From contig JAVKOQ020000013.1 of NCBI GenBank assembly GCA_031835245.2, positions 1 through 64,000 on the forward strand: a stretch of 64,000 nucleotides of DNA. The letters are read 5' to 3'. How positions within the stretch are numbered: the stretch's first letter is position 1; every line of letters starts with the position of its first letter. The notes under the pieces were generated by a model. That model was given only the letters and a program-made list of their open reading frames with translations, was not told the origin of the DNA and did not search any database. This stretch comes from Balamuthia mandrillaris (lineage: Eukaryota). This document shows, in pieces, positions 16,101 through 29,168 of the stretch. The position numbers were made by a program, and so were the translations under genes.

Positions 16101-18930
16101 GTCGGTTACCGTATCTTTGGTTCACGTCCTCCTGTATATGTTGGAGTTATCCTGCCAATATATCCCTTGTTCCTTTGCCATTTCTTCCTTCCAGTATTCC
16201 AAGCTTGGTGCGCTAGCTGTAGTTGCTGTTGGAGAGAAATTCCTTTCCGCAGTAATTGTATCACACCGCGGAGCTGATCTGACCACCTCCGTGTAAGACT
16301 GTTGGGAACCCAGAGCAGGGCCGCCTTTGGTACTATTTGCACTTCCTTCTTCCCCCACCATAAGATTATTGATCTCCTTGTTGAGAGATTCAATCAGGTC
16401 CCTGAATCGTACAATCACTGTGAGTGAGAGTACGCCTGCCTCGGAGAGCTTACCACACTCGCGAGAAACACTGCTAATACAATCAAACAGCAGCGCCACT
16501 TGACTGTTGGTTCGCTCCTTAACGCTGTCCGCACTGACTGAGTCCGAATCAATCTTCCCCTTGGGCACAACACTGGTCCCCTCCTCTCGGTGGGGCGAAT
16601 CCACTACCGAGTTACACTGATCCTCTGCCCCTCTGTCGTCCTCCTCCTTTTGGTTAACCCTGGGAGAAGGAATCTTGACTGTGGTAGTGTTCAGGTGCCC
16701 AAACTTTTCCACCGCCAACTTGAACGCTTCCTCCAAAAACTGATTTAGCTTGTCCCCTTTGACAAAACACTCGGGGATCTTTGCCTCTTTTTGCACAGCT
16801 TGCAAAGCGGGCTTCCACGAACGATTACCGTTTAGGGTCCCCAGTCTAAGACGTTCCTTCATGGCCAGATCCACCCATCGATGTAGGACCTGTTCCCTCT
16901 CCTGACTGTCAATCAATTCAGTGCTCTTGCGTGGCAGTGCCCTATTTTTCCGCATTTTTCGCTTGACCAGAACGTAGTTGAAGCAGTTGGAAGAAGTGGG
17001 AAGTGAGCCAAACAGATTGATGGCGATGTGATCAAAGGGGTAAGTAGTGTGGATGGTTTTGAGGGGATGAAAACCGTGTTTGGTGACGTAGTGCTTAAGG
17101 TAGTCATTTCACTGTAGGCAAGTGTAAGAACAGTCAGCAAAAAGAGTAGGCCAATAATAGCCTTCATTCCAGATCTTGATGAACAAGGTTTCTGCTTTGT
17201 GATGTCCTTCTGTGTGGAACAGCTGCAGGAGGCGTTTTCATTCAGAGGTGGAAGGGGGTTGCTTGCTGAGTCTGCCTTTGATGTACCTGTTAAGAGCAGA
17301 TTTGGCTGTAAATGGGGAGTTGTCAACCAAGGCAAGAGCCTTGAGGTGGTGGGGTTTGCACTGAGCCAAGTGAAGGGCGTCAAAAGGGATGGCAGGAGGT
17401 GTAAGACCACTGTTGTTCTAGAAGGAGCATGGGTACCCAAGAGAAACAGTCCTTGAGGATCATGTAGATGCCAGGGTGGTGGACAATCTTGAAGTTATAC
17501 TCTGAGATAAGGAGAGCCCAATAGTTGATGGTGTAGTTCTTACTATTAGAAGTGAAGAGGTAGGACAAAGCCTTGTGATCAGAATAGATTGTGAATTTGT
17601 TGCTGTAGTGCCAATTGCTGAAGGTCCTTCAGTACACCAAGGACGTCCATTCCCATTGGGACCAAGACTGCCAGGACGCCATCAAAGCACTTCCAGCACC
17701 TCATGGATGTTGTCACTGCTGCTATTGCTGAGTTCATCAACGATCTTGATGCAAAAAATGGTGGCGATGAACATGTAATGACTACTGTTCCATGTGAATG
17801 TAGTTTTTGATGCAGTTTTCAGGAGCAATGGAGCATTGTATGTAAGACCAGATAAGGTCAAGGGCAGAGGCGATGAAAAAGCCTTGCACTTTGGAGGTAA
17901 TACTGTGGATAGTAGGGATTAGGTATGTGAGGTCCAAGAGGAGCTTGTTCAGGAGGTGTGAGTTGATGCAGACACACCACTGGGTTGCCATCAGCATCCT
18001 TCTTGGGTACGATGGTGAGAGGAGAGTTCCAGGGACTGTCAGGTGGGGTGAGCACAATGACGCCAGTATGCAGCCATTTCACTGCTTGCAGATTGATTAT
18101 GAGCATTAAATGATATGGGATGGGGTATTGGTGGCGAAAGACAAGAGTGGGGTCTGGTGTCCTGATGGAGAACTGCTTCAAGGAGGGTACAGGAAGGTCC
18201 TGTTGATAGAGCTTCATTCTCCTGGAGGTATTTCTCAATGGCTTCAAGAATACACTTATGAATGTGTTCCTTGACAGCTTTCACCAAACATTGATGTTGG
18301 CATTGGCTGATGTCAAAAAAACTATTGTGGCCTTTATCTTTTGAAGAAGGAAACTAGGCGATTTACATTAAGATGAAATCATGGGATGTGTGTTGTGTTG
18401 TTCGACTGATGTCTCATAGAGCATTAATGGCCCAAAGATGTCTGTCTTCAACAAGGGTGGTGATGAGGGCTTGTGTCCATCTATCCTTGGAGTAGTTGTA
18501 GGCATTAAGGTGATACTCCAGTTCTATGGTGTGAAGAGCAGGGTCCTGGTGTTGACATCTTAAGTAGTCCAGGAGGAAGGCGAGGCATTTCCTTCGAATA
18601 TAAGGGGAAGGAGTAGTTGTGTTGTTCTGTGTTTCTGGGACACAGGCAACATGTGTGCCGTTGGAAGCAGTTGTGTTGTTAGAGAGGGTGAACTTGAACT
18701 AGGCGACTATGTGGGAGAGATCTGTGGAACGGGCAAGGGAGGAGAAACATCAATGGGAGAGGGTGAACTTGAATGAGGCGACTGTATGGGAGAGATCTGT
18801 GGAATGAGTGAGGGAGGAGAAACAGCAGCAGCAGTAGTATTGCAGGTAGAAGAATAGCCTAGTGTGGCCGAGGTGAATACAAGGAAAATAGCACAGTTGT
18901 ATATATGCTGCTGTAACCGTTCCATGGCCT
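13150..18930 (-). mobile_element. Degenerate Ty3/gypsy LTR-retrotransposon internal region (gag-like, RT, RNase H, integrase), interrupted by LINE copy 2
   Basis: RT: YPIPY, SPWNSPLTIVPKKD, SALDL..Y.Q (17780-18150). RNase H: TIYSDHKALSYL, FKIVHHPG (17470-17600). Integrase: HPLKTI..PFDHIAINLFG..NYVLV|TIDIATQF..SAYHPQ (17090-16964, then 13737-13490). The RT-RH-INT order is gypsy-type. No LTRs identified. Confidence 0.85.
13738..16963 (-). mobile_element. LINE copy 2 with both ends present and RT internally deleted; ORF1 (16955-15600, 2 stops) + APE endonuclease ORF2 (from 15603); 15-bp TSD
   Basis: APE motifs FVNSRG, IIGVCE, VYLPP, IIGGDWNA, SIVDY, TDHRPL. ORF2 ends just after ANYRG. Short (TAG)n tail at ~13734-13747. 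TSD TGACCAGAAC(A/G)TAGT at 13723-13737 and 16964-16978. Confidence 0.92.
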
Positions 18931-19049
18931 TTCTAGTGTGTTCTGTGACATCTAACTTGTGCTGTCTTCATCTTTGGAGCCAAGCAAGAAAAGAGGAAGG
19001 TGAGAAGAAAGAAAGTGAGGGAGGTAAAGGGACGAGTGATGTTGAAAAG

Positions 19050-19650
19050 AAAGCCATGGTTTGGCATAGTTTAACATGCTTTGCTATGGTTGAGCATGGT
19101 TTAACATGGTTCTAAGATGGTTTTGAGATGGTTTTAGATGGTTTTAGACGGTTTTTGATGGTTTTTTAAGAATTTCCATGGTTTTTGATGGTTTGCCATG
19201 GTTCTGAGATGGTTTTTGATGGTTTTTTCATGGTTTGACCTAGTTTAATATGCTTTGCTATGATTAAGCATGGTTTAGCATGGTTTTGAGATGGTTTTGA
19301 GATGGTTTTAGATGGTTTTCGATGGTATTTTCATAATTTAACATGGTTTGGCATGGTTTTTGGAGAGCTTAGCATAGTTTTTAATGGTTTTTGGATGGTT
19401 TAGCATGGTACAGCATGGTTTAAAATGGTTGGGCATGGTTTTTTCATGGTGCAGCATGGTTTAGAATGGTTTTTAGATGGTTTTCAATGGTTTTGGCTGG
19501 TTTTGGGTGGTTTTTTCATGGTTTTGGATGGTTTAGAGATGGTTTCAGATGGTTTTTTCATGGTTTGGCATAGTGCAGCATGGTGTAGCATGGTTGGGCA
19601 TGGTTTTTTCATGGTGCAGCATAGTTTGGCATGGTTTCAGATGGTTTTTT
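19050..19650. repeat. Degenerate ~10-11-bp period satellite built on ATGGTTT/GCATGG
   Basis: Dozens of (G/C)ATGGTTT(T) units in tandem. Confidence 0.9.
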
Positions 19651-20852
19651 AAGAAAAAAAAAGAAAATAATATTTTTTTCACTTTTGTCAAAAAAAAATT
19701 AACTATCACTGTGTGAATACATCTTTATATAAAAGATGTACTTCTCATTTGAGAATAAAAGTATAATATTTTCTAATCAAAAAATACCAAAAAATTACAC
19801 TTTGTGACATGTCAACATATATATATATATATATATAGCTACATCAGTTGATAAAATAAGATTGCAATACTTCCACTTTCAAAACAAAGAATTGGGACAA
19901 AACATGATGGCCCAATATCCGCCTACAGTCATAGTAGTTGTAAAATGCAACACAGATCAGAGAAAGAAGGAATTATAAAAAAGAGAGGTCAGAGACAAAA
20001 GAGATAAGAAAGGAGCAAAGCAAAGCAAAGCAGAGCAGAGCAGAGCAAAGCAGAGTAGAAAGAAGAGAAATGGAGGGAAAATAACAAAACAAAAAAAGAA
20101 AAGAAGAAAAGAATGAGAAAGGCAAAACTAATCTCTTTGTCAAATATGTGTGACCATTGAAGCGTGCCTTGAGGGTTAATAACTTGATAATTGACTCACA
20201 GCTTGGTTTCCATTTTCTTTTCATTGTAAAACCCACTGCATGGGATGGAAATGAGAGCATAACAGCCAATGCCTTGCTTTTCAGTTACCACCAACCAACG
20301 TTCTTGATGGTAGTTGAACAATTTCTTCTTCATTTCAATCTTCTTCTTTAATTTCTTTCCTTACACAATTAGCTGTTTGCTCTATAGAGAGTTTCTTTTT
20401 CTTTAGCTTTCACTTTTTTAAGAAGGTGTTGGCTGTGCCATATGGCGCAGATCAACTCTTTGATCAATTGGGAGTACAACACTAATTTTTCTATTTCTTC
20501 TTTCTTCACTTTTTTTAGGAAAGAAAGTAATGATTGCTTTGTGTGACGCACATCAATTTTGTGATCAACTGTGATTACAAAATACTTAATATAAACATTT
20601 TAAAAAAATAAAAGAATATATTGTAAATATAGTTATTTTTGTGTTTATTATTATTTTTGAAGGAAAAAATAATTTTTTAAATAAGAAAACCTTTTTTTTA
20701 TTCTTTTACAAAATGAAAAATAATATTTTTGTGAATAGAAAAATAATTTTTTCAAAAAATAATTTTTTTAAGGTCCAAAAAATAATTTATTTTTGCCATT
20801 TAATCCAAGTGAAAAGCAAAAGGAGATTCTCCTTTTTGTTTGTACTGTGTTA

Positions 20853-21760
20853 TGAGGGCCTTAACTCAAGTAGCCAAGGAGGAGTATGCAGCCAAAGGAG
20901 AAAGAGGAACAAGAACATGGCTATGGCATAACTTCTTGACAAGTGAAAGATGTTTAGTTGGACAACAATGGAGCTTAGCAATTACCAACCCAAGGAAAGA
21001 ACGTTTGATGAATGCAATTTGTTGTGATAGTCCACCCATTGGAAAAAAGTGGGGAGCCATTCAGCAGTCTGAGGAGGACAGGAAGTGCCTTGCATGCAAT
21101 GCTGAGGAAGAAACTGCAGAACACTTCTTGATAAGATGTCCAAATCTTTAGGAAGATTGCTTTAGAATCTAGAGGGTGGACAATGGAAATGAAGTACAAG
21201 TCAGGAAGCTGATTTATAGATGACTGTACAACAAAGCTCCTGTTGTTGGAAAACCAACAATTCACATCATTATGACTTTCTGTCAACACTCTCCCTGGAT
21301 ACCCCAAATTCTCTCACCCCTTTTTTATTTTCCCTTTTTCCTTGTGACACATTCAAAGCACACACTTTGGTCCACACCCCTTTTTCATGTGAATAAACCC
21401 AGAGTCGCTTACATGTTGTCCCTTTCTTGATCTGCAGGGTTATTCCCCATCAACACTGTCAAGTGGAAAGAAAGGCCATAGAGCTCAAGAGATGGAACAA
21501 TGCAAGCAAAGTTGTAAAAGAGTCTGGAGATTATGGGCAGCAAGAGCAAGTTGGAAGCATGGAAGGGAAAAGAAAAGGATAGCTAGATGGTACAAAGTAA
21601 GTCTGAAATCTTATTTAACACCTTTCATTTGTGAACTTAAATAACAATTGGGAAGGCATTGAGAATGAGGGAATAAGGGAAGTAAGAGTACACTATGTAT
21701 GTACAAAAGCAATACTTTTCAATATAGAAAGTAACTTTTTGATATTTAAATAATTTATTT
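20853..21760 (+). mobile_element. LINE copy 3, 5'-truncated 3' end (C-terminal zinc knuckle and 3' UTR)
   Basis: RKCLACNAEEETAEHFLIRCP is a CCHC motif typical of LINE ORF2 C-termini. 21555-21720 is the reverse complement of the 3' UTR at 13800-13950. Confidence 0.8.
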
Positions 21761-22464
21761 GTTTTTCCACTCTTCCATAATACCTTTCCCATTCTCCCTT
21801 CTCTCTTTTCTTCACTCAAATAAAGGTCTGTTCCTTCTGTTATCAAGTTAGTGTCTGTTGAATAAATAAATCTCAAAAAAAAAATATTTTTGATTTTAGA
21901 AAATTATCTAAAAAAATATTTTTTACCCTTTCAAATTTCCAAAAGGAGATATTTTGTTTGTACTGTGTTAAACTCACAAAGTTAGAAGATAAAGAACCCT
22001 CTGCTAGCAGGATAAAGTGGATATCTGCAGATACCCATCGATAACTCCCATAAAAGCTAGTTATTCACAGATATCTGCTCTGGATATCCAGCATGGATAT
22101 TTCATCAACAGAGCCCTTGATATGAAATAATAATTCATCTTTTATACAATACACGCATACATACTTCCTTTCCTTTTCTTTTATTTGTACATGTGTGTAT
22201 ACATATTTCCTTTCCTTTTTTTCTTTTATTTGTGGGTCCTTTCTTATTATTGCATATGTGTAATGGCCATTTTTCTTTTTTCATTTGCACACATGAAGAG
22301 GCTTGGGAAGAGTGACTTCTTGGTTTGTCAGTTCTAGGCTCAAGAAGGCAGCAGAAAAAGCTTCAAAATGCTAGGGTCGACATAACAGATTGATGATGGC
22401 TGGCACAAGATCAAAGAAAGGAACAACAAATGAAATAAAGAAAGAGTTGATTATGTTGGCAATT

Positions 22465-22725
22465 GCCAACATGCATATGGATGTACCCTTTCTTGCTTTT
22501 CTTCGATTTGCACACATGTGTACATTTCCTTGCTTTCCCTCGATTTGTGCATATATGTGCATTTCCTTCCTTGCTTTTCTTCGATTTGTACACATGTGTA
22601 CATTTCTTTGCTGTCCCTTGATTTGCACATGCATGCACACTTCCTCCTTGCTTTCCTATGATTTGCACACATATGTGCACTACTTCGCATTCTTTTGATT
22701 TGGGCACATGTGCGCACTTCTTTGC
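22465..22725. repeat. Minisatellite, ~38-40-bp period (GATTTGCACACATGTGTACATTTCCTTGCTTT); related units at ~22145-22295
   Basis: About 6-7 visible tandem units with palindromic CACATGTG cores. Confidence 0.8.
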
Positions 22726-25279
22726 CTCTTCACCCATTCCTTCCTCAAAATACTATTGGTGACAGATGTTAGAAGTGTTTGTCAATGAAGAGATAAAAAG
22801 AGAGAGAGAGAGGGAGTAAGAACAAAAGAAAGAAACAACAAGAAAGAAAGAAGAAGAAAGGAGAAAGAGTGTACCTCTTCTTCTTCATCTTCAACAAAAC
22901 TGCCTTCTTCCACATCAGCCTCTACCTTTTCCTCCTCGTCAGGGTCAATTCCTCTCATGAGCTTTTCCAAACATTTGGAACCTATCTTTGCAGGTAAGTA
23001 GATTCAACAGCAATGCTTTCTAGTATTGATCCATTGCATCATTGTATCTTAACATTGTATGTGTCAGCTAACCACGTATGTAACTATGCACTTCATATGT
23101 TTGTCAACCACTGCATGTGCTTCTTTTCATGCTGTAGTATATTTCTGCCTCATATTAGTTCCATTGCCCCTTTCCTTTCCTTTCTGTCGACATCTGTGAC
23201 ATATATCAATCGCCTGCTGCCACATTGCTAGGCTTCTTCCTTTTATTCCGTTGCTTCCTTCTCTTTTTCTTTTAGTTAGTTAGTTTTGTTTTATTCACAC
23301 CACACCTTTCCCTCTTGACACCCTTTGTTCCCTTGTTCCCTCTTTGAATAATACGTTTTGGCCCCGTTCGTTCGTGTTATTTGCCCTTTCTAACACTAGG
23401 CTAAGATATTCCTTATTTTGGACATTCAATCACATGTCCATTGGAAGCTTAGCCAAGATATTAGTAGCATACTGTTTATGCCACCAGCCTCAAAGGCATT
23501 GGCTAAAATAAGTCCTTCAAGAAAAAGAAAAAAAGAGTAAAAGAAGAAAGAAAACAAGACTGTTGAGTATTACACTCAACATGTTAGCTTTGTTGCTGTT
23601 TTTATCTTGTTGACATCTTTAGATGGATAGACAGGCCAAGAGAAAAAACATCCATTTTATAACACAGTTTGTTACTATATTCAGTTTAAGGGGGCCTACT
23701 CGGATCATAAGGATTAGTCATGTCGTCTTGACAAAAAGGTCAAGTGTTCTGGAATGCTTGATCTACATGTGTTTTCCGGCTGTCTTCATTGTACAGATCA
23801 AGGGGATTTTTTTTGTCAAGCAGAGGGAATGAATTTTGACCCAGCCGTTTTCCTTCAGGTTTGTCTTTATCTTTGCCTTGCCCTTGCTCTTTAACCTCAC
23901 CCTCTTCACCCTCAGTTTCGCCTTCGCCCTTGTCCTCGTCCTTGCCCTTGCCTTCACCCTCGCTCTTGCTCTTGTCCTGCCCTTGCCCTTGCCCTTGTGC
24001 CAGCTCCAGAAAGAAAAACGACAGAAGCAGAGGGCTAAGAGCCAAAGGCTTCAACGAGCTCAGCAACAACAAGAAAAGGAGGAACATGAAGCACGACACG
24101 GCGAAAAAGGCAGCTCCAGAAAGAAAGAAACCAACATCACCAAAACAAGTGCCTAAAAGAAGAGGAGGAAAAGAAAGCGCAGCAAAAGAAAGCTGCTGAG
24201 TCACTGAGCTCTTTGCTTACCTCCCTCCTCCTCTTCTTTAACCATACCTTCATTTGCACTCCCTGCTTTGTCATTCACCAGCAGGCTCCTTCAGCATGCC
24301 AGCATATATGGTACCCTCCTTCTTGAGACACTTGATGTGAGGAGAAAGAAGGGACAAGCGCATCCACCTTCTTGCTTTGCACCTTTATCCTCAGCTCCTT
24401 CTTTTTCTGCAAGTGTGGCCCACTCGCCGTCCTCTGCAGTGTGAGAGCACAAAAGCTGCACTTCAAATAAATCTCTACTCAGTTTGGGCACATCCTCAGC
24501 ACTTCTCACTTGCTGTCCTCTGCAGTGAAAGAACATAAAAGCTACAGCTTCAATAAAACTCTTCTCAATTGGTGCACATACTCAGCACATATTAAATCCC
24601 ATAAAGTTTGTTAGGTTTCCCTTCAAGCAGAGACAAACCCGAGCATTCCCCTTTATGAAGACATCCCTTCAACCATTCCTTTTTGTGAATTTCCAAAATT
24701 TCTTCTTCCACTTTTGAACAAATAGGGTCCATGTTATAAATCCCTGTCAAAAAGCATTACAACAAAAGAAAAAATTGAAAAAGATGAATAAAAAAGAAAT
24801 AGTAGTCATATTTAATATAAACAAGGTTTGTTTATTATTCTTAACTTTCAATTAATAAATTTTGATTTTTAAAAGGTATTTTAAAAACAAATAGGTTAGA
24901 ATCATTATAGAAAAATGAAAATTAATTGTTTTTTAAGGAACTTAAATATTTATTTATTAATTTTTCAAAATTAATTACCCTTTTAGTTTAGAACATGTTC
25001 AATGCATTACTTCTTTCTTCATTCTTTCTCAACTTACATCAATACCTGGCCTACCTTCACTTCTTGTGATTTCCAATAGATTTCTTTTTTGTGGAACTTG
25101 GGTTAGGGGTTAACTTTCCTTTTTTCTTTCTAACATGTGGCTTCTTTTAATTGGTTCTTTTTCTCATTCATTTTGTCTTTCTCTTTCTTTATTTTCTCTT
25201 TTCTCTTTCTCTCTTTCTTTTTCTTTTGGAACCGAAACAACAACGCACACACTGTGTCATTCCACTTTCCTTTCATTAA

Positions 25280-25400
25280 AAGCCTATTTCTGGTCTTATT
25301 CACTTCAACCAAACATCTTCTATTTGTCAAGAAGTTATGCCAAAGCAAGAGCTCTTGCCCATTGGAAAAAAGTGGGGAGCCATTCAGCAGTCTGAAGTTA
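25280..25400. mobile_element. Small rearranged LINE fragment
   Basis: ~25305-25345 is the reverse complement of ~20920-20960, and ~25358-25396 is a direct copy of ~21035-21071. Confidence 0.65.
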
Positions 25401-25481
25401 AGATGTACTACTCTCCTATGCAGAGAAAACACTTTAAATAAAGCATTCCTTTTTTATTTGTTGTTAATATAAATTATTATT

Positions 25482-27801
25482 TCAACAAAGTAATAACGAA
25501 GGATCAACAACATCATACATCTCTTTGTAAATCTCTGAAGGAAGCCAAAACCACCAAATCTCTTTCATTTTTACCCATTTTTTGAAGCGTGAAAGCTTTG
25601 GTTCCTTTGCTTTGAGTTTTTTCTTTTTTACACAAATGCTATCCACAGCTTCTTCAAGCAATAGCCAAGCATCCTTGAGATGACGCTCAAGGACTCCTCG
25701 TGGCAAAGTATGCATAGTGCCTGTGTTTTCCAACATTCCTCCTTCATAAACAATATCAAATAAAGAAGGTAACTTGGTTGGTGCTCTAACATGTTGCCAC
25801 TCATTAGACAAAAGGTCAAATGAATAAAAAGGAAGAAATTTCCATCCATGGGTTGCTACAAAGTCAACAGCTTGTATGATAAAGTCACACTTGAAAAAGT
25901 AATTAGTAATGACTTTTCAGAAAAAACAGTGCATATTATACCTGGTGCTCCCCAATAAAATATCCAAGATTCAGGCGGCACCACCCAGGTTTCACTCCTT
26001 CAAGTCCATCTTCTATGGCACAGATAAATTTTTCCAAAGTTGGACCATCTATAGCCAAAAGAGTGGCACCATAGGGGCCAGCACAGGAACATCCTCCTCG
26101 GGTTTGTATACCTAATTTTTTCATTCAAGGTGCACCAAAATGTTAGTACAATTAAAAGGCAGTAAAAAGGGAAATACTAACCAAAGAGGTCGTTCAACAA
26201 AGCTGTAAGAAAATTATGATGAAGATATTTTTCCTTATGTTTGATAAGAAATGAAATAATGGGCAGACGTGGCACATTCAAATTACCAAGTATTTTGATG
26301 TTTGGATTCTGGTTCCACACAGATAGTGCACGTTGGAGCCACATTTCCTCAAGTTCTTGAATTAAGTCCGTGCCCACAGCATCCTTCAGCTGAAAAACTA
26401 ACCCAGCACGTATAGAACCAATAATATCAGGTGTCCCACCCTCTTCCCTAAGCTCAATGTCATCAAGGTAACCCCATTTGTTATGAGTCACCCATTTCAC
26501 AGTTCCTCCTCCTGGTGTACTTGGGACCGTGTTGTTGAATAGATGCCGTTTTGCCACTAAAACACCAGGAGTTCCTGGTCCTCCCACAAATTTGTGAGGA
26601 GATAAGAAGACCGCGTCCTTGTACTTCAGGTGTCCGTATAGCGATTCATCACTAAGATTCATATTTATCTCTAGGTATGGACCTAAAAGTAAGGAGAAGA
26701 GAGATATAGAGATAAAGAGAGACAGAGACAGAGACAGAGACAGAGACAGAGACAGAGACAGAGACAGAGACAGAGACAGAGACAGAGACAGACAGAGAGA
26801 TTTCCATTTCGGGTAAAAGGTCAGCACAAAAGTTACTCTTATCAATTGCAAAAAATAGTTACCTCCAGCTGCATAATCCCAAAAGGCGAGTGCAGTGTAA
26901 CGATGAAGGAGGGCAGTTACATCCCCAACATTTGAAACAATGCCTGTAACATTGGAAGCTGCCGAAAAGGACCCTATTTTCAATGGTCTATCCATGTATT
27001 GTTGAAGTTTTGCCTCGAGATCAGCAAGGTCAATAGTGGACGTTACTGGATCCATATTAACAACCACCTTTTCAGCTACATAGTTTGCAAAATTAACTTG
27101 AGTATTAAAGGCATAAACAATACAACAACAAGTATTCACGTACCAATAGTTTCTCCCCAAGAGACTTCATTAGAATGGTGTTCATACGGTCCAACAAATA
27201 TCACTGGCCTCTCTTCCTTTGGAATATGCTTCGAGAGAGCATACGTTTCATCTAAGTTATGGGGAATGCAAATCTGCAATACTTCCACCATCTTTTTGAT
27301 CGCTGATGTGGAGCCAGCTCCTGTAAACAAAACAACGTCGTCCTCAGTTGCCCCAACTGACTTAGCAATAAGCTCACGAGCCTCCTCCCTGAACTTGCCT
27401 ATGGTAGTGGTCATTAACTAGGTTATTTAATAGATGAAGGTTGAAGTGGAACAAAATAAAATCACGCACCCGTTTGAAAACCCGTAGCACTAGCTTCAGT
27501 ATGGGTGTTAGCATAGTAAGGCATTACAAATCTGCGGAGATAGTCCTCAATAAATGTAAGGGATCTCCCACTTGCTGTGTAATCAGCATACGTCATTCTT
27601 CGAAGGCCAAAAGGACCTTGAATGGCCTCCTTCTCTCCTCCTATAATGTTTGTTCGAATGTTCTCCACCAAACGCAAACGATCCTCTAAGGATATTTCCT
27701 GGGCATCCCCATCGTCATCTTCTGCCGAGTACCTCCAACCTTTGGTAAACAAAGATGGGGCAGACAGTAAGGCTTAATCTGTGTGTAGGATAGCGGAGAG
27801 C

Positions 27802-27851
<50 letters not shown>

Positions 27852-28240
27852 GTCAAACCATGGCCACTGTTCCAAGAAATGTCTTTCAAAAAAGGCTTGT
27901 GTCGCGAAGCTCCGGGGGATCCACTGAGGGCTAGTAAATTTTTCACCGGGCTATTCTTGCCGCCACTTAAAGAATGGAATTCTCCTTCAGAAGCAGGCAA
28001 TCGTGTAGCAACTGAGGACTCTTGTGCTGTTGACGTAATCCGTAACGAGCCTCCCGAAATGGTTCTGCTTAGAACCGGAGGGTCAATCGTCTCTTCAGTG
28101 GTAGAGGAGGCCGAAGATTCCTCAGAGGAGCTCCCGCTCTCTCTTGCCTTCTTTCGACTAAGCTTCGGACGCAGTGATTGGGAGACTTGCTTAAACTTGC
28201 CTCTGCTTTTCTTGGGACGCTCAACCTCGTCTTTACCCAT
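25482..28240 (-). CDS. Class V PLP-dependent aminotransferase / cysteine desulfurase-like protein, multi-exon
   Basis: YADYTASGR, YANTHTE, FVGPYEHHSN, FSAASNVTG, WDYAA, PLP lysine in FLSPHKFVGGPG, REEGGTPDI, and TRGGCSCAGPY. Confidence 0.92.
26716..26799. repeat. Intronic (GAGACA)n microsatellite
   Basis: Directly visible. Confidence 0.95.
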
Positions 28241-28765
28241 TATTGCGTAAAGAAAGGGAGGGCAATGAAAGTGGAACGGTGGTTCAAGTACAAAGGCAGC
28301 CCTGGGCACAAGCACAGTAAGAGCGGGCAACAGGAGGAGGAGGAAGGATAAAAGACTTAGTTGTGGAAGAAGGGGGACAGGAAAAGGAGCGCCCATAAAT
28401 ATAAATGAATGAATTATGTATTATTGTGGTGATGATGATGATGAGGATGAGGATGAGGCGCCTTTTCCTAAAAATGTTAAGCGGGGCAACGCTCTTGCAT
28501 GACAACAAGAGGAAGAGGGAAAAAAAACCAGCAAGAATCTTGCCAAGGTGCGATACAACATCGCTGCCTGGCGGCTACGCCATACGGAAGAAGAGACAAA
28601 GAACCATCGCCACTGATGTGAGGTGGCACTGGACAAAAACGAGGAACAGCCGAGGCCATCCTGCAGCCTGTTCCGGCAGAGCAAGACCCACCAAACTATG
28701 AAAAAGAAAGATGTCTGTCTAATACAGCCTCTCTGGTAACCTTCAACACCCCACAGCCTCCCTCT

Positions 28766-28804
<39 letters not shown>

Positions 28805-29168
28805 AAGCTGCGCTCACTTCGTGGCCAGTTTGGGTTAAGTGCCTCCTCAGGTGGTGAGCTGAGGGGTGCAAGTTTCTAGATAGATCTTTTGTGATCTTTT
28901 ATGATCTTTGCGCCACCTTAACACCTTCACTGCCCAATTTCTTCTCGTGTGTCGACTTTTTTTTTTATAAATTCAACCAATGGCTAGCGGCTCTGGTTCG
29001 GCTAAAGGAACCCTTTCTTATCACAAAAAAAAATTGCTTTTCTCTGCTTTTTTTCTTTGTTTAGAGCAGAGCCGCGCAGAAACTAAAGCCCTCGACTGCG
29101 GTTGTAGCAACGGTAGTGGCGCATAATCGCTAAACTCGTCTGCTCAAGCAGGAAAGACAAGCGCTTGA

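Noticed and set aside
18686..18804. ~44-bp direct repeat at 75-bp spacing as an LTR remnant
   Set aside because: It lies within Pro/Ser-rich gag-like sequence; it is an internal tandem duplication with no TG..CA ends or PBS seen.
19050..19650. Interstitial telomeric repeat
   Set aside because: The unit is irregular ATGGTTT, not a TTAGGG-like exact repeat.
20150..20551. Possible degenerate nuclease or TE ORF on the minus strand
   Set aside because: Multiple stops and no motif I can identify with confidence.
23740..24536. ORFs with GQGQ/KDKD low complexity and Cys/His words
   Set aside because: Driven by a CCTTGC-type simple repeat in the TE island; no recognisable domain or splice structure.
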